Positions 1 to 15,215 of a stretch of 64,000 nt of DNA are shown in pieces. Origin of the DNA: the human T2T-CHM13v2.0 reference genome, Homo sapiens; assembly GCF_009914755.1 (NCBI RefSeq), contig NC_060932.1; one strand, written 5' to 3'. Within the stretch, counting starts at the first letter, position 1; each line of letters opens with the position of its first letter. The position numbers were made by a program, and so were the translations under genes. The notes below the pieces were generated by a model that was not told where the DNA came from, did no database searches, and was given only the letters and a program-made list of their open reading frames with translations.

Positions 1-1290
1 ATGTGCAGGTTTGTTACATATGTATACATGTGCCATGTTGGTTTGCTGCACCCATTAATTCGTCATTTATGTTAGGTATTTCTCCTAATGTTATCCCTCC
101 CCCATCCCCCCACCCCACGAAAGGCCCCGATGTGTGATGTTCCCCGCCCTGTGTCCAAGTGTTCTCATTGTTCAATTCCCACCTATGAGTGAGAACATGC
201 GGTGTTTGGTTTTCTGTCCTTGTGATAGTTTGCTGAGAATGATGGTTTCCAGCTTCATCCATGTCCCTACAAAGGAAATGAACTCATCCTTTTTTATGGC
301 TGCGTAATATTCCATGGTGTATACGTGCCACATGTTCTTAATCCAGTCTATCATTGATGGACATTTGGGTGGTTCCAAGTCTTTGCTATTGTGAATAGTG
401 CCACAATAAACATACGTGTGCATGTGTCTTAATAGTAGCATGATTTATAATCCTTTGGGTATATACCCAATAATGGGATCTCTGGGTCAAATGGTATTTC
501 TAGTTCTAGATCTTTGAAGAATTACCACACTGTCTTCCACAATGGTTGAACTAGTTTACACTCCCACCAACAGTGTAAAAGCATCCCTGTTTCTCCACAT
601 CCTCTCCAGCACCTGTTGTTTCCTGACTTTTTAATGATCGCCATTCTAACTGGTGTGAGATGGTATCTCATTGTGGTTTTGATTTGCATTTTTCTGATGG
701 CCAGTGATGATGAGCATTTTCTCATGTGTCTGTTGGCTGCATAAATGTCTTCTTTTGAAAAGCGTCTGTTCATATCCTTTGCCCACTTTTTGATGGGGTT
801 GTTTGATTTTTTCTTGTAAATTTGTTTAAGTAAATTGTAAATTTCTTGGAAATTGTAAATTTCTTATAAATTTGTAAAGTAAATTTGTAATTTGTAGATT
901 CTTAATATTACCCATTTGTCAGATGAGTAGATTGCAAAAATTTTCTCCCATTCTATAGGTTGCCTGTTCTCTCTGATGGTAGTTTCTTTTGCTGTGCAGA
1001 AGCTCTTTAGTTTAATTAGATCCCATTTGTCTATTTCGGCTTTTGTTGCCATTGCTTTTGGTGTTTTAGTCATGAAGTCCTTGCCCATGCCTATGTCCTG
1101 AATGGTAATGCCTAGGATTTCTTCTAGGGCTTTTATGGTTTTAGGTCTAACACTTAAGTCTTTAATCCATCTTGAATTAATTTTTGTATAAGGTGTAAGG
1201 AAGGGATCCAGTTTCAGCTTTCTACATATGGCTAGCCAGCTTTCCCAGCACCATTTATTAAATAGGGAATCCTTCCCCATTTGTTGCTTT
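1..1290 (-). mobile_element. LINE-1 (L1PA) 3' fragment, ORF2 C-terminus and 3'UTR, 5'-truncated; runs off the window start
   Basis: ORFs 864..1280, 522..773 and 172..441 give L1 ORF2p peptides ([21 protein letters not shown]); frame-broken. Confidence 0.95.
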
Positions 1291-4032
1291 TGTCTAACTT
1301 GAACAAATTCTTAACCTCTGTGGGCTACCTTCTGTTCAGTTCTAAAATGAAGGTGATACAGTAGACACTACCCTAAAAAATCTGGTGGTTATTGTGATAA
1401 TTAAATGAGATAATGTACTAATAGATGTGGTAGTGCTTTGTCACAGCAAGCAATTATGGTGATGAGAATGGTGACAATGATGGATAATATAGGTGGTTGT
1501 CATCTGGCCAGTGTCCATAAGGTAGAAATATAGTGTCTTTCCCATTGAGCTTTGCCATTCTAGACCCAAATCCTCCAGCCTCAGCATTCCCAGTTCCCTA
1601 GACTAGAGGTGGTCCCACCTACTGCAAGCACTTCATCTTTCTCCTTCCCAGGATTCGGTCATTGTCTGCAGCAGCTGTGCCTGTGGGACCTGAGCCCGCT
1701 GTTACGAAGGAAAGCATGGGGATGACTCAGGGAGGGTACATCAGAGCAGTGTGGGTGGAAAAGCCTTCACTGATGAGTTACTTTCTGAAGTACTCTTGTA
1801 TTTATTTTCTTAGATATCTGAGAAACACATCTGCAGTGCCAAAACATTCATTCAATACTTACTTAATGAATGCCTTCTTTGTGTCAAGCACTGTAATTGC
1901 TGGGGAAACAAAATTGAATGATACTTGCTCCTACCCTCAATTGACCCTGCTGGTCTGTGCCTTCAGGAGGTTGTAGGCATTCCAGGACTTAGTCCAGTTA
2001 CCCAGGGCCCAGCACAATGTCAGAACATGACAGGTGCTCAGTTCACTTCTGTTGAACTGATGGATGTTAGTCTAATGGGGGAAGCAGGGAAGTTATCAAC
2101 AACTTTAGAGAAAACTGGGAAAACAGAGGGAGAGAGCACGTACTGCAAAACAGAGCTCATGATCAGCTCCCTAGGGGAGATGGCACCTAAGCTGAGTTCT
2201 GAGACAAACAAGAATAAACCACAAGAAAAATTAGGTGGGAGGGGACAGAGGTTGGCAGAAAGCCATCTGATGCAAACTTAGCTTTTCCTGTCTTCTGGCT
2301 TTCTCTTCTACTTAACTTCCACCTGCCTCTCCCTGCACAGTGGATGAGGGTTTTGTTCTCCAATGGGAAAATAAGCTTCACTAAATACCACAGAAACATC
2401 ACTGTGAAGCCTGCTCTGGTCTCCTGTATGGAGGGCAGGTGGGAAATGACGGTGGGCCTCCCTGCAGGCTTGACAAGCCAAGAAGAAAGGGGGCATCAGA
2501 TGCCGACAAGGAGCAGGGACCAGAGAGCAAGAGAAGGTGGAGAGACTGCGGGCAGAAGCAGCTCCCATTCCTGCACGCACTCTGTGAGGAACACAGGGCC
2601 AGGGGCAGAGTCCACAGAGTCCCAGAAACAGCCTCTCCTCTGGGCTCAGGTTAACATTGGACAAAGGCAGCGAGCCTTACGTGCCTAGGATTTCAGAGCA
2701 GGTGACGCAGCCACTTTTGACACCTGGTGCCTGTAAATCAGCCTGGAGCTGGGCTCAGGGCCAGCTGCATCTCTCCTGGAGCAGAGCATGTGCTCCTCAC
2801 TGCTCAGGACAAATCCAAACCCCTCAGTATAACATGAGTGGCCTCCACCTACCCTCCAGCTCCATCTCTACCCACTTCTCAGCCTTCATCTACACTTGCC
2901 TCCAGTTCCCCAAACACCCCATTTCTCTTCCTCCAGACCTCTGCGTGGCTGTCCTCTCCACCTCAGACACTCCCCCAGCCCTGCTCCTTCAGATGGCTGA
3001 TGCCTGCTCCTCTTCTAGGTCTCAGCTTAGAAATCTCTGCTTACAGAAGTGCCCATGATTCCACCTGCAGGTCCAAATGAGCTGCCTCTCCTTCACGCTC
3101 CCGTCGCATCCTCTGTCTCCTCTTCAATGCCCCTCACACTGAATGTTAATTGCCTCAATACGTGCCCTGTCCCCCACTAGGGCTCCCTCCGGGCAGAAGC
3201 CAAGTCTTTTTCATCCTTACATCCCCAGCACCTAGAGCAATGACAGGCCCGTGTGAATGTGCCAGGCTAAAGGAGCAAATGAATGTTCTCCCTCTTACGG
3301 GGGCCACTGAGGGATCAACTGATCAGGACAGAGAGGAACCAAGGCTGCACCTCAGTCTTTCTTTGGGGGGCCAAGAGTACTCCCTATACACGGAAAACCA
3401 TGCCCTTATATTCACAAAGGGCTTTCACAAACCTGTCTATTCCGCTTTCCCACCACCCCCGAGGTAGGTATCAGTCTGTGCATTTTACAGATGGGGAACC
3501 TGTGGCCCAGAGAGGCCAGGTATGCTGCCCAAGCATGCACATTGGGAGATGGCAGAGACTGCTGGCCCCTGGGGCTGCCTGCCTCCAAGCTCAGCACTAT
3601 TCTTCCTGGCTCCTTTGCTCTCCCATCACAGGGCTCAGACTTCTGGGATCACTGAGTGGAGCCCGCTAGCCAGAGATTGGAACACACAGTTGCTGCTCAG
3701 AGCCCTCCAGTGACAGGTTAACCACTCCACAAGGGACCCTGAGGGGCTGTCTGATCTGCCTCCTTAGTGTGGTGTGAGATGCTCAATTCTCCCACAGCCC
3801 TCCACACACACATATATCTAAACCTGCACCCCATGGCTCTCGGGATGCCCGTGGGTATCAGTCCATGTCCATTAGGAAAACAGGATGGGGATGATGACAG
3901 AGAATTCCTTACAAGTATCAGGAGGGCTGAAGCAGCAAGTGGAGAAAAGTGGCATTGGCCAGAGACCATAAGCGCCACTGATGCTGCTGCCAGGGGAGTG
4001 ACTGTGACTTCTACATTCTTCCCCATTTCTGA

Positions 4033-4371
<339 letters not shown>

Positions 4372-5019
4372 TAACTGGAACCCAACTGAGAAGGGAGTCT
4401 AGAAGACACAGTTTCTCAGTGGCAATGGTACAGAAAAAAAGGATTAAAGGGCAGGTATGGAGCTGAACACCAACAGACAACAACTGACACAGCATTAGGG
4501 CCACTAGAGCTTAAGGTGATATCCCCAATAGGCCCTTGTTAATAAACATACGCACCATGGACCTTCGTCATGTTTTCTAGCTGTGCTGCACCTTTTTACA
4601 GTCTTCATACACTTGAGGCCTTCTTGCCTTCTATCCCAAATGGAGGCTATGATTTCACTTTGCCAGCCTCCCTTGCAGCTAGGAGTAGGCATCAGCTCCA
4701 CAAATCAAGCACACAAGCAGGAGCTGCTGGAATGAAAATGAGCACGTGAGGAAAGAAGCACCATGCAACATCCGTGTTCTGGGAGGTGGCTGTGGCTGCA
4801 AAGCTGTGTTCTTGCTGGAGAAGGGGTGGTGGGACTGGGGCAGCATTCACATCTCAGTCCCATTGAGTCCCTGGTGCAAAAGTGGTCATGAGGGTACAAC
4901 TATTCCATTTAATACTCAGTGGTGGCAGTTTCTTCATCAGATCAATTCTGCAGCAGAGTTATGAGTCTGATTCTCCAGCCTTCCCAGTGATTCTGAGTTA
5001 CCCAAAAATCTTTTTAAAC

Positions 5020-5490
5020 AAACATTAAAACTAAAGTATAATGTCTTTACAGAAAAGTAGGCACATCATGAGTATACAGCTCAATACATTTTCATACAAT
5101 CATCACACATGTCAATAAGCAGAACATTACCAGTACCCCAGATATGCACCCACACTGGCCTCTTTCAGTAACTCTCTAAATGTAATCACTAATGTAACTT
5201 CTAATGCCTTAGACTTATTTTGCCTATTCTTGAATTTCATATAAATGGAATCATGCAGTATATGGTATACTCTTTTACAGATGGCTTATTTCACTCAACA
5301 TTATGTTTCTGCTACTTGCCAGTGTTGCTATCAGTGGCAGTACTTTGTTCATATTCATAACTGTATAGTATTCCACTGTATGAGTAAGCTGCAATTTACC
5401 CATCCGATTGTTGTCGGACATTGGGTTATTTCTATTTAGCCTTATTACAAATAATGCTGCTATTTGCATTCTTATACATGTCCTTTTTGT
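5020..5490 (-). mobile_element. Old L1M 3' fragment
   Basis: Resembles the L1ME/MC 3'UTR (ATATAAATGGAATCATGCAGTAT...CACTCAACAT). Confidence 0.6.
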
Positions 5491-5545
5491 ACATTAGATT
5501 GCTGGGCAGCCACGTGAGGGGAGGCAAAACTGGGGCTAATTCAGA

Positions 5546-7092
5546 TTTTTTTTTTTTACTTTAAGTTCTGGGATACATGTGCAGAAGGTGCAGGTTTGTT
5601 ACATAGGTATACATGTGCCATGGTGGTTTACTGCACCTATCAACCCATCATATAGGTTTTTAAGCTCCACATACATTAGGTATGTGTCCTAATGCTATCC
5701 CTCCCCTTGCCTCCCACACCCTGAAAGGCCCCGGTGTGGGATGTTCCCCTCCCTGTGTCCATGTGTTCTCATTGTTCAACTCCCACTTGTGAGTGAGAAC
5801 ATGCAGTGTTTGGTTTTCTGTTCCTGTGTTAGTTTGCTGAGAATTATGGCTTCCAGCTGCATCCATGTCCTTGCAAAGGACATGATCTCATTCTTTTTTT
5901 ATGGCTGCATAGTATTCCATGGTGTATATGTGCCACATTTTCTTTATCCAGTCTATTACTGATGGGCATTAGGGTTGGTTGCAAGTGTTTGCTATTGTAA
6001 TTAGTGCTGCAATAAACATACGTGTGCATGTGTCTTTATAGTAGAATGATTTATAATCCCTTGGGTATATAACCAGTAATGGGATTGCTGGATCAAATGG
6101 TATTTCTGGTTCTTGATCCTTTAGGAATCACCACACTGTCTTCCACAATGGTTGAACTAATTTACACTCCCACCAACAGTGTAAAAACATTCCTATTTCT
6201 CCACAGCCTCACCAGCATCTATTGTTTCCTGGCTTTTTAATAATTGCCATCTGACTAGCATGAGATGGTATCTCATTGATTTGCATTTCTCTAATGATCA
6301 GTGATGATGAGCTTTTTTCCATATGTTTTTTGGCCGCATAAATGTCTTCTTTTGAGAAGTGTCTGTTCATATCATTTGCCTATGTTTTGATGGGCTTATT
6401 TGTTCATTTGTTTTTTATAAATTTGTTTAAATTCCTCGTAGATTTTGGATATTAGACCTTTGTCAGTGGGTCAATTGCAAAAATTTTCTCCCGTTCTGTA
6501 GGTTGCCTGTTCACTCTGATGCTAGTTTCTTTTGCTGTGCAGAAGCTCTTTAGTTTAATTAGATCCCACTTGTCTATTTTGGCTTTGGTTGCAATTGTTT
6601 TTGGTGTTTTAGTCATAAAGTCTTTGCCCATGCCTATGCCCTGAATGGTATTACCTAGGTTTTCTTCTAGGGTTTTTATGGTTTTGGGTTTTACATTTAA
6701 GTCTTTAATCCATCTTGAGTTAATTTTTGTATAAGATGTAAGGAAGGGGTCCAGTATCAGTTTTCTGCATGTGGCTAGCCAGTTTTCCCAGCACCATTTA
6801 TTAAATAGGGGATCCTTTACCCATTGCTTGTTTTTCTCAGGTTTATCGAAGATCAGATGGTTGTAGATGTATGGTATTATTTCTGAGGCCTCTGTTCTGT
6901 TCCATCAGTCTATATATCTGTTTTTGTAGCAGCACCATGCTGTTTTGGTACTGTAGCCTTGTAGTATAGTTTAAAGTCAGGTAACATGATGCCTCCAGCT
7001 TTATTCTTTTTGCTTAGGATTGTCTTGGCTATATGGGCTCTTTTTTGGTTCCACACAAAATTTAAAGTAGTTTTTTCTAATTCTACAAAGAA
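5546..7092 (-). mobile_element. LINE-1 (L1PA) 3' fragment with poly(A) tail
   Basis: Poly-T at 5546, then L1 3'UTR and ORF2 end homologous to 1-1290. Confidence 0.95.
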
Positions 7093-7166
7093 ACTTAGGA
7101 AATTTTAGGGAAAAAAAGGTGATTTGGGGACAAATGTTTCCTCAAACTGGCTTTAAAGCAAGTAGA

Positions 7167-7851
<685 letters not shown>

Positions 7852-8754
7852 TCACAGTGGCCTTGGAGGCTGCTTCCCTGGGCCCACAGCATCCCCTACA
7901 ATTAACGCCACATGCAGGTCAGGCTGGTGGTGAGTGAGGCCACTGGTCCTTCGCTGCCCTGGGACGAGGCAGAGTAAGCAGAGGCACTGCCTCCTTAAGC
8001 CTCAGTTCCCTCATCTGCAACAACCACACCAACCTCATAGGCTGCTGTGGGAATCCAGCTGATGACTGGTCTGAGGAAAGGGGAAGGAGGCAAAGAAACT
8101 AATGTGCTGGGAATGGTCTGTGCCAAATGCTTCCCAGCACTAGCTCGCTGAGTTCTCACGGGAATCTTACGAGGTGGTTCCCCTCCTGCTAGAGTTGAGG
8201 AAGCTGAGGCTGACCGAGGTTTAATAGCCTGCTGGAAGTTACAGAGCTGGCAAAGAGCAGTGTCCACGTCACCCAGGTCTATCGGACTTCCCAGGCCACT
8301 CTGAAGAGAGAAGGTCAGGGTTTAGTTTCTGGAACTACCTGGCTAGGGGAGCCCCTGGCTGCCCCTGAGCTCAACCCTCACAGGGTGACTGTGAGGACTG
8401 AATGAGTTCCTGGTTGTGAAGGGAAGGAGAACTAACATTTCTGAGGAGAGTCCAGTGATTTACACGTATGACCTGATTTAATTCTCACAGTAGCCTTGTA
8501 GGTGGGAGCTGTGCTTCCCATTTGGAAGTGAGGGCTGGATTGTTTCCTTCTAATTCTGGCTTTCCGGGTGTGTTATGAATGTGTAACACAGAAGACCCAG
8601 AGGGAATCCAGCCCCTAGCTGCCCTCACCCTTCCTGGAGTTTGAGTTCCTGGCCAGAAAAAGGCAGCCCCATCAGAATCACCCCGCGAAGTGGATGAGGA
8701 GGCTTGGTCGACCTGCCTTAAGGCCAGCCCTCAACTCATAACATTGTCTTTGTT

Positions 8755-9097
8755 CATACACACAGACACACACACACACATGCATACACACATATAGGCA
8801 CACAGGCACATACGCACACATGCACACACAGAGATGCACAGGCATACACACACACACACGTATGCACACAAATACACATGCACGCACACACAGGCACATA
8901 AAAACACACATACACACACACAGGCACACAGGCGCACAAACACAGGCAAACATGCATGCACACACACACATGCACACACAGGCGCACAGGCGCACACAGG
9001 CACACACACGCATGCACACACAGGCATACAGGCGTACAAAAACACACGCATGCACACACACGCATGCACGCACACATATACATACACACATGTGCAC
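8755..9097. repeat. Degenerate (CA)n / CACAGG / CATG low-complexity repeat
   Basis: About 340 bp of mostly alternating purine-pyrimidine sequence. Confidence 0.95.
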
Positions 9098-9982
9098 CCA
9101 GCACAGCAAGCTTCCCTCCCAACTCCCCACCACCTGCTATCAAGAAAGCCATTGTCAAATACTCGAAATGCTAAAAGACTGCGTTTTTATTTTTCAAGGG
9201 CCCATTCCTAATCACAAGAGGCCACTTAGTCTGAGTGGGGCCCAGTAATGTTGATTAATGATTATGTATTTCTCATGAGAGTTGGGAACTCAACTTGTCT
9301 CTCGCCTCAGCACCCTCCCAGGGTGCACCATTAATCAGGATCGGCCACGGGTGGAGTTAGAGCAGTGACCATTAACCTTTTGGCAAGAGCGTGCCAGGTC
9401 CCCAGCATGGGAGCACCCCGGGTCCCCTCTGCAGTGGCCCCACTCCCGGCCCCTCCCACAAAGGGCCGGGGTGGGGAGTGAGGGAGCTTCCACCCCCTCC
9501 AGCTGCCTGCCTCTCCCCACGAGGACTTGAATATTAATAAGATCCTGCACTCCTCCAGATAGTTCATCTTAATGATTTTTAAGGGTTTTTCCTTAATTCC
9601 CTTTCTCTGTGTGACAGATACAAAAATTATTAATGAGTGAATGTTCCCAGCTTCTCCCACACACACTGTCTCTACAGGAAATTCGATCCTTGCGTATTCT
9701 GTGTCCCCCACAGGCCCCACTTCCTTCTGAGGAGAGCTCCCTTCTGGCCAGGCCTATTTCAAGTTTGAGGGATGAAGAATCCACACAATGGGGCTGACAG
9801 TGACCAAACTAGAGGTGAGGAAGTAGCAGGTAAAGGGAGAGAAAAGCTCAAATTCAAAAATTTGGGTGTGGGGAAGAGTTTTCTTGGAGGTGAGGAGTCA
9901 GGGGCTCTAGCACAGCCTCAGGTGTGAGGGTAAAATGAAACAAAGCAGAATGAGAATTTTAGGAAAACCAGACCACAAAATA

Positions 9983-10017
9983 TTACATTGGTGCAAAAGT
10001 CATTGCAGTTTTTGCCA
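9983..10017 (+). mobile_element. MADE1/Hsmar1 mariner terminal inverted repeat (half element)
   Basis: TA + TTACATTGGTGCAAAAGTCATTGCAGTTTTTGCCA versus MADE1 TTAGGTTGGTGCAAAAGTAATTGCGGTTTTTGCCA. Confidence 0.75.
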
Positions 10018-10232
10018 CGTGATACTTGCATCCTCAGTTCATATCACCACTTTGGAAAGCTGATAGCTTCTACTACGGCTGAACATGTTGATACTCTGTG
10101 ACCCCGCAATCCCCACTTCTAGGAATTAGGTACGATTAGTATATCCCCGTCAGATATGCATCCATATTCTCACTAAAGATGTATTCTAGAATGTTCATAG
10201 CGGCACTATTCGTTATATCTTAAAACTACCCA

Positions 10233-10554
<322 letters not shown>

Positions 10555-10860
10555 CTACCCAAATGCGCATCAATGGTAGAATGGATAAATAATGTCATAT
10601 TCAAACCATAAAAGATGATACAGCAACAAGAATGAAAACACTGCAATTACATACAACAATGTGGATGGTTCCCACAAACATGATGTTCAATATTAACAAA
10701 AGAAGCCAAACACAAAAGAATATATATGGTATGAGTCCTTTTGTAGAATATTTAAAAACTAATCTATATGGGTACAAGTCAGGATAGGTGCTCACTTGGG
10801 GGGTTGATGATTGGAAGGGGGTTCAAGAGGCTTCTTCGGGGCTGATAATGTCACCTATTC

Positions 10861-11199
<339 letters not shown>

Positions 11200-11635
11200 T
11201 AAAAATTCATCAAGCTGCTGATCTGTTCGTTATACTTCTCCAAGTAAAGATGTGAATTGTTGTATAATTGGTTTTGTTGGCTGGGCTGTATTTATGTGAA
11301 TGTGATACTGTGCTGGAACAATACTTTGTGTTTGCCAAACTCAATTTTCCTCCTATGCATGCAGAAAGACTTAGGTTTCTGGGCTTCCCTGTGGTTAGTG
11401 GGACCATGTGATGAGTGCTGTTAAATAGCCTGTGGGCAGAAATGATGTATGCTGCTTTCAGCCTGGCCCCTTCAATCTCCTGCACAATCCTCCACTTAAT
11501 CTTTCTCATTCTGTTCACTACCTGCAAAAAAGTCAGTGGAGACTCTGAGGTCCTGGGAGATGATGGAGCAATTGATAGTTCTTATTACAGCACACAAGAA
11601 TTTAAAAATAATTCTCTGCAATAAATGAAAGGAGA

Positions 11636-12371
<736 letters not shown>

Positions 12372-13038
12372 TAAACAAGAAATATATCTCTGTTGTAATA
12401 TGCAATGGAGAGGGGATTTTTTGTTATAGTTATTGCCTAACTTGACTATCTGACTAATACCTAATATGCCTGACTTGGGTCCTGGGTCTCCAAGTGGAAC
12501 CTTCTCTGTCTCATAAATGGGAATGGAAGTGAACATTCTTAGGGAGAAATACATATTCCTTACTCCTTGGGTTTCCAAAGAGAGGCAATTTCCTAAAAAG
12601 ATAAAGTAAATAAGAAGTTCTTTTTTTTTTTTTGTCCCAAGGGGAGGCAATGGGTGAGTAGATGAAAGAACCAAGCTCAGACTGTATAAAGCCATCTGGG
12701 CCTCTGGAAGCTGCCTTCTCTGCTTTTCCCCAGGGTGAGCCTGCTGCAGTACACACTGTCCTTGCCTAGCTGTGCCAGTGGCCAGGAAAGTCTTTCAAAT
12801 TCTGGGGTTCAGTCTTAGAAAGTCCACATGGCTACACCCCTAAGTTATTATCTTCCAATCCAGCCTTTCTCAGAAATAGCACTAACATTTTTATCTATCT
12901 AATAATTGTGCTTATCTCAGTTGATTCCAAACTCAGAAAAAAAGGGGGATTTATTGACTCCCAAAAAACCAACAAAGACTAGGAAAGACGCTGTTCCCTG
13001 CAGCAGAGGCCCAGAAACTAGGACACATTAGAAAGAAT

Positions 13039-13208
13039 CCTTTTTTTTTAAGAGACAGGGTCTTGCTATGTTGCCCAGGCTAAAGTTCAGTGGCTGTTCA
13101 CAGGTGCAGTCATACGACACTGCGGCTTCAAACTCTGGGCTCACGCAATCCTCCCGCTTCAGCTTCCTAAGTAGCTTGGACAATGGGTGCACAACACCAC
13201 ACCCAGCT
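13039..13208 (-). mobile_element. Alu monomer (FAM/FRAM-like)
   Basis: Monomeric Alu; TSD GAAAGAATCCTTTTT. Confidence 0.8.
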
Positions 13209-13676
13209 TGAAAGAATCCTTTTTAACAACAGAAGTCAGGAACGTTTCACAGGATTTGTTAAAGAACAGGGGCATAAAGCGACTGAAATGAGGGTTGGGA
13301 TGGAGTTGAAACAGCACTAGCCATGACCCCTCTATTCCTTCCCAATTTAGATCAGCTTCACTTGTCTTTTACCTGTTAGGATTTAAAATTTCATTCAAGC
13401 AAAGAATACTGTGTCTAAAAATAGTTTGAAAATCTCTGATTTAGATCATCTTTTTGGTACCCTCTGGCCTAAAGGATCTTTGCACTTATATAAGAAATCC
13501 AAAATTTTATTTTTGCAATGTTTTGCCAATGACAGTGGTCTGTAACAAAAGTAGACCAATACTGGGATGTACAGAGAAGCCTAATGGTCAGCTTCTAAAT
13601 TAGTTAAAGCTTCTTCAGGGAGCAAAGAAGAGATGCATCCAGGCTATCTTAGGTGGTGGAGTGATGGTGCTCAACC

Positions 13677-13883
13677 TTTTTTTAAAAATTTTTTTAAATT
13701 TTATTTTTAATCTATTTATTTATTTTGAGACCGGATTTTGAGACTGGCTAATTTTTGTATTTTTAGTAGAGACAGGGTTTCACCATGTTGGCCAGGCTGG
13801 TCTCGAACTCCTGGCCTTAAGTGATCCACCCACCTCGGCCTCCCAAAGTGCTGGGATTACAGGCGTGAGCCACCGTGCCCACC
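13677..13883 (-). mobile_element. Alu left monomer lacking the right arm
   Basis: Left arm plus linker joined via a short junction to an A-rich tail. Confidence 0.85.
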
Positions 13884-14065
13884 CATGCATGTTTCTGTGC
13901 TGGGCAGAGCCTGAATGGCTCACCTGAAGTGATGAAATGTGACTACCAATGTCCCTTGCCAGAGATAGAGTTGAGAGTGTGCCATGTCTGAAAGGCAGAA
14001 AGGGGCACGTTGCATTCAAGGAGCTGAGAGAAGATGGTGAGGAGGTTATACACTACTTTAAGGGG

Positions 14066-14526
14066 TGTATTAGTTTCCTAGGCTGCTGTAGCAAATTACC
14101 ACAAACTTGATGATGTAAAACAATAGAAATTGTTCTACAGTTCTGGAGTTCTCCAGTTCTGGAGACCAGAAGTCTGAGCTCAAGGTGTCAGCAAGACCAC
14201 ACGTCCTCCAAAGGCTCAAGGGAAGAGTCTGTGCCTTGCCTCTTCCAGCTTCCGGTGGCCCTGGGTGTTTGGCTTGCTTGGCTTGTGGCCACATCACTCC
14301 AATCTCTGCCTGCATGGCCACATCACCTTCTCCTTTCTACATGCCTATGTTTTCTCCTCTTCTGTCAAATCTCTAATAGGACACTTGTCAATGGACTCGG
14401 GCCCACCAGGATAATCCAGGGTGACCTCTTCATCTCAAAATCCTTACCTGAATGACATCTGCAAAGACCTTCCATTTTCCAAATAAGGTCACATTCATAG
14501 GTTCTGGGAATTAGGACATGTATATG
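14066..14526 (-). mobile_element. MaLR MLT1-type LTR
   Basis: TGTATTAGTTTCCTAG...GCAAATTACCACAAACTT and AAATAAGGTCACATTC motifs. Confidence 0.8.
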
Positions 14527-14829
14527 TCTTTTTTTTTTTTTTTTTTTTTGACAGTATCTCACTCTTTCGCCCAGGCTGGAGTGCAGTGGCATGATCACAG
14601 CTTACTGCAGCCTTGACCTCCTGGGCTCAAGCAATCTCCCACCTCAGCCTCCTGAGTAGCTGGGACCACAGATGTGCACCACCACGCCTGGCTAATTTTT
14701 TGTATTTTTTGTAGAGCTGAGGTTTTGCCATGCTGCCCAGGCTGGTCTTGAACTCCTGAGCTCTAGTGACCTGCCCTCCTCGGCCTCCCAAAGTGATGGG
14801 ATTACAGGCATGAGCCACTGTGCCCAGCC
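14527..14829 (-). mobile_element. AluJ-like
   Basis: Alu consensus. Confidence 0.92.
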
Positions 14830-14898
14830 TATATATCATTCAACACATTAGAGAGGGTATAGCAGAATTTGAGTAGTAGGTACATAGGAAATAATCTT

Positions 14899-15215
<317 letters not shown>

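Noticed and set aside
14-1280. ORFs with reverse-transcriptase-family C-terminal similarity
   Set aside because: Frame-broken pieces of a truncated L1, not a functional gene
8678-9248. Six overlapping Cys/Val- or His/Thr-rich ORFs
   Set aside because: Artefacts of the stop-free (CA)n-derived repeat
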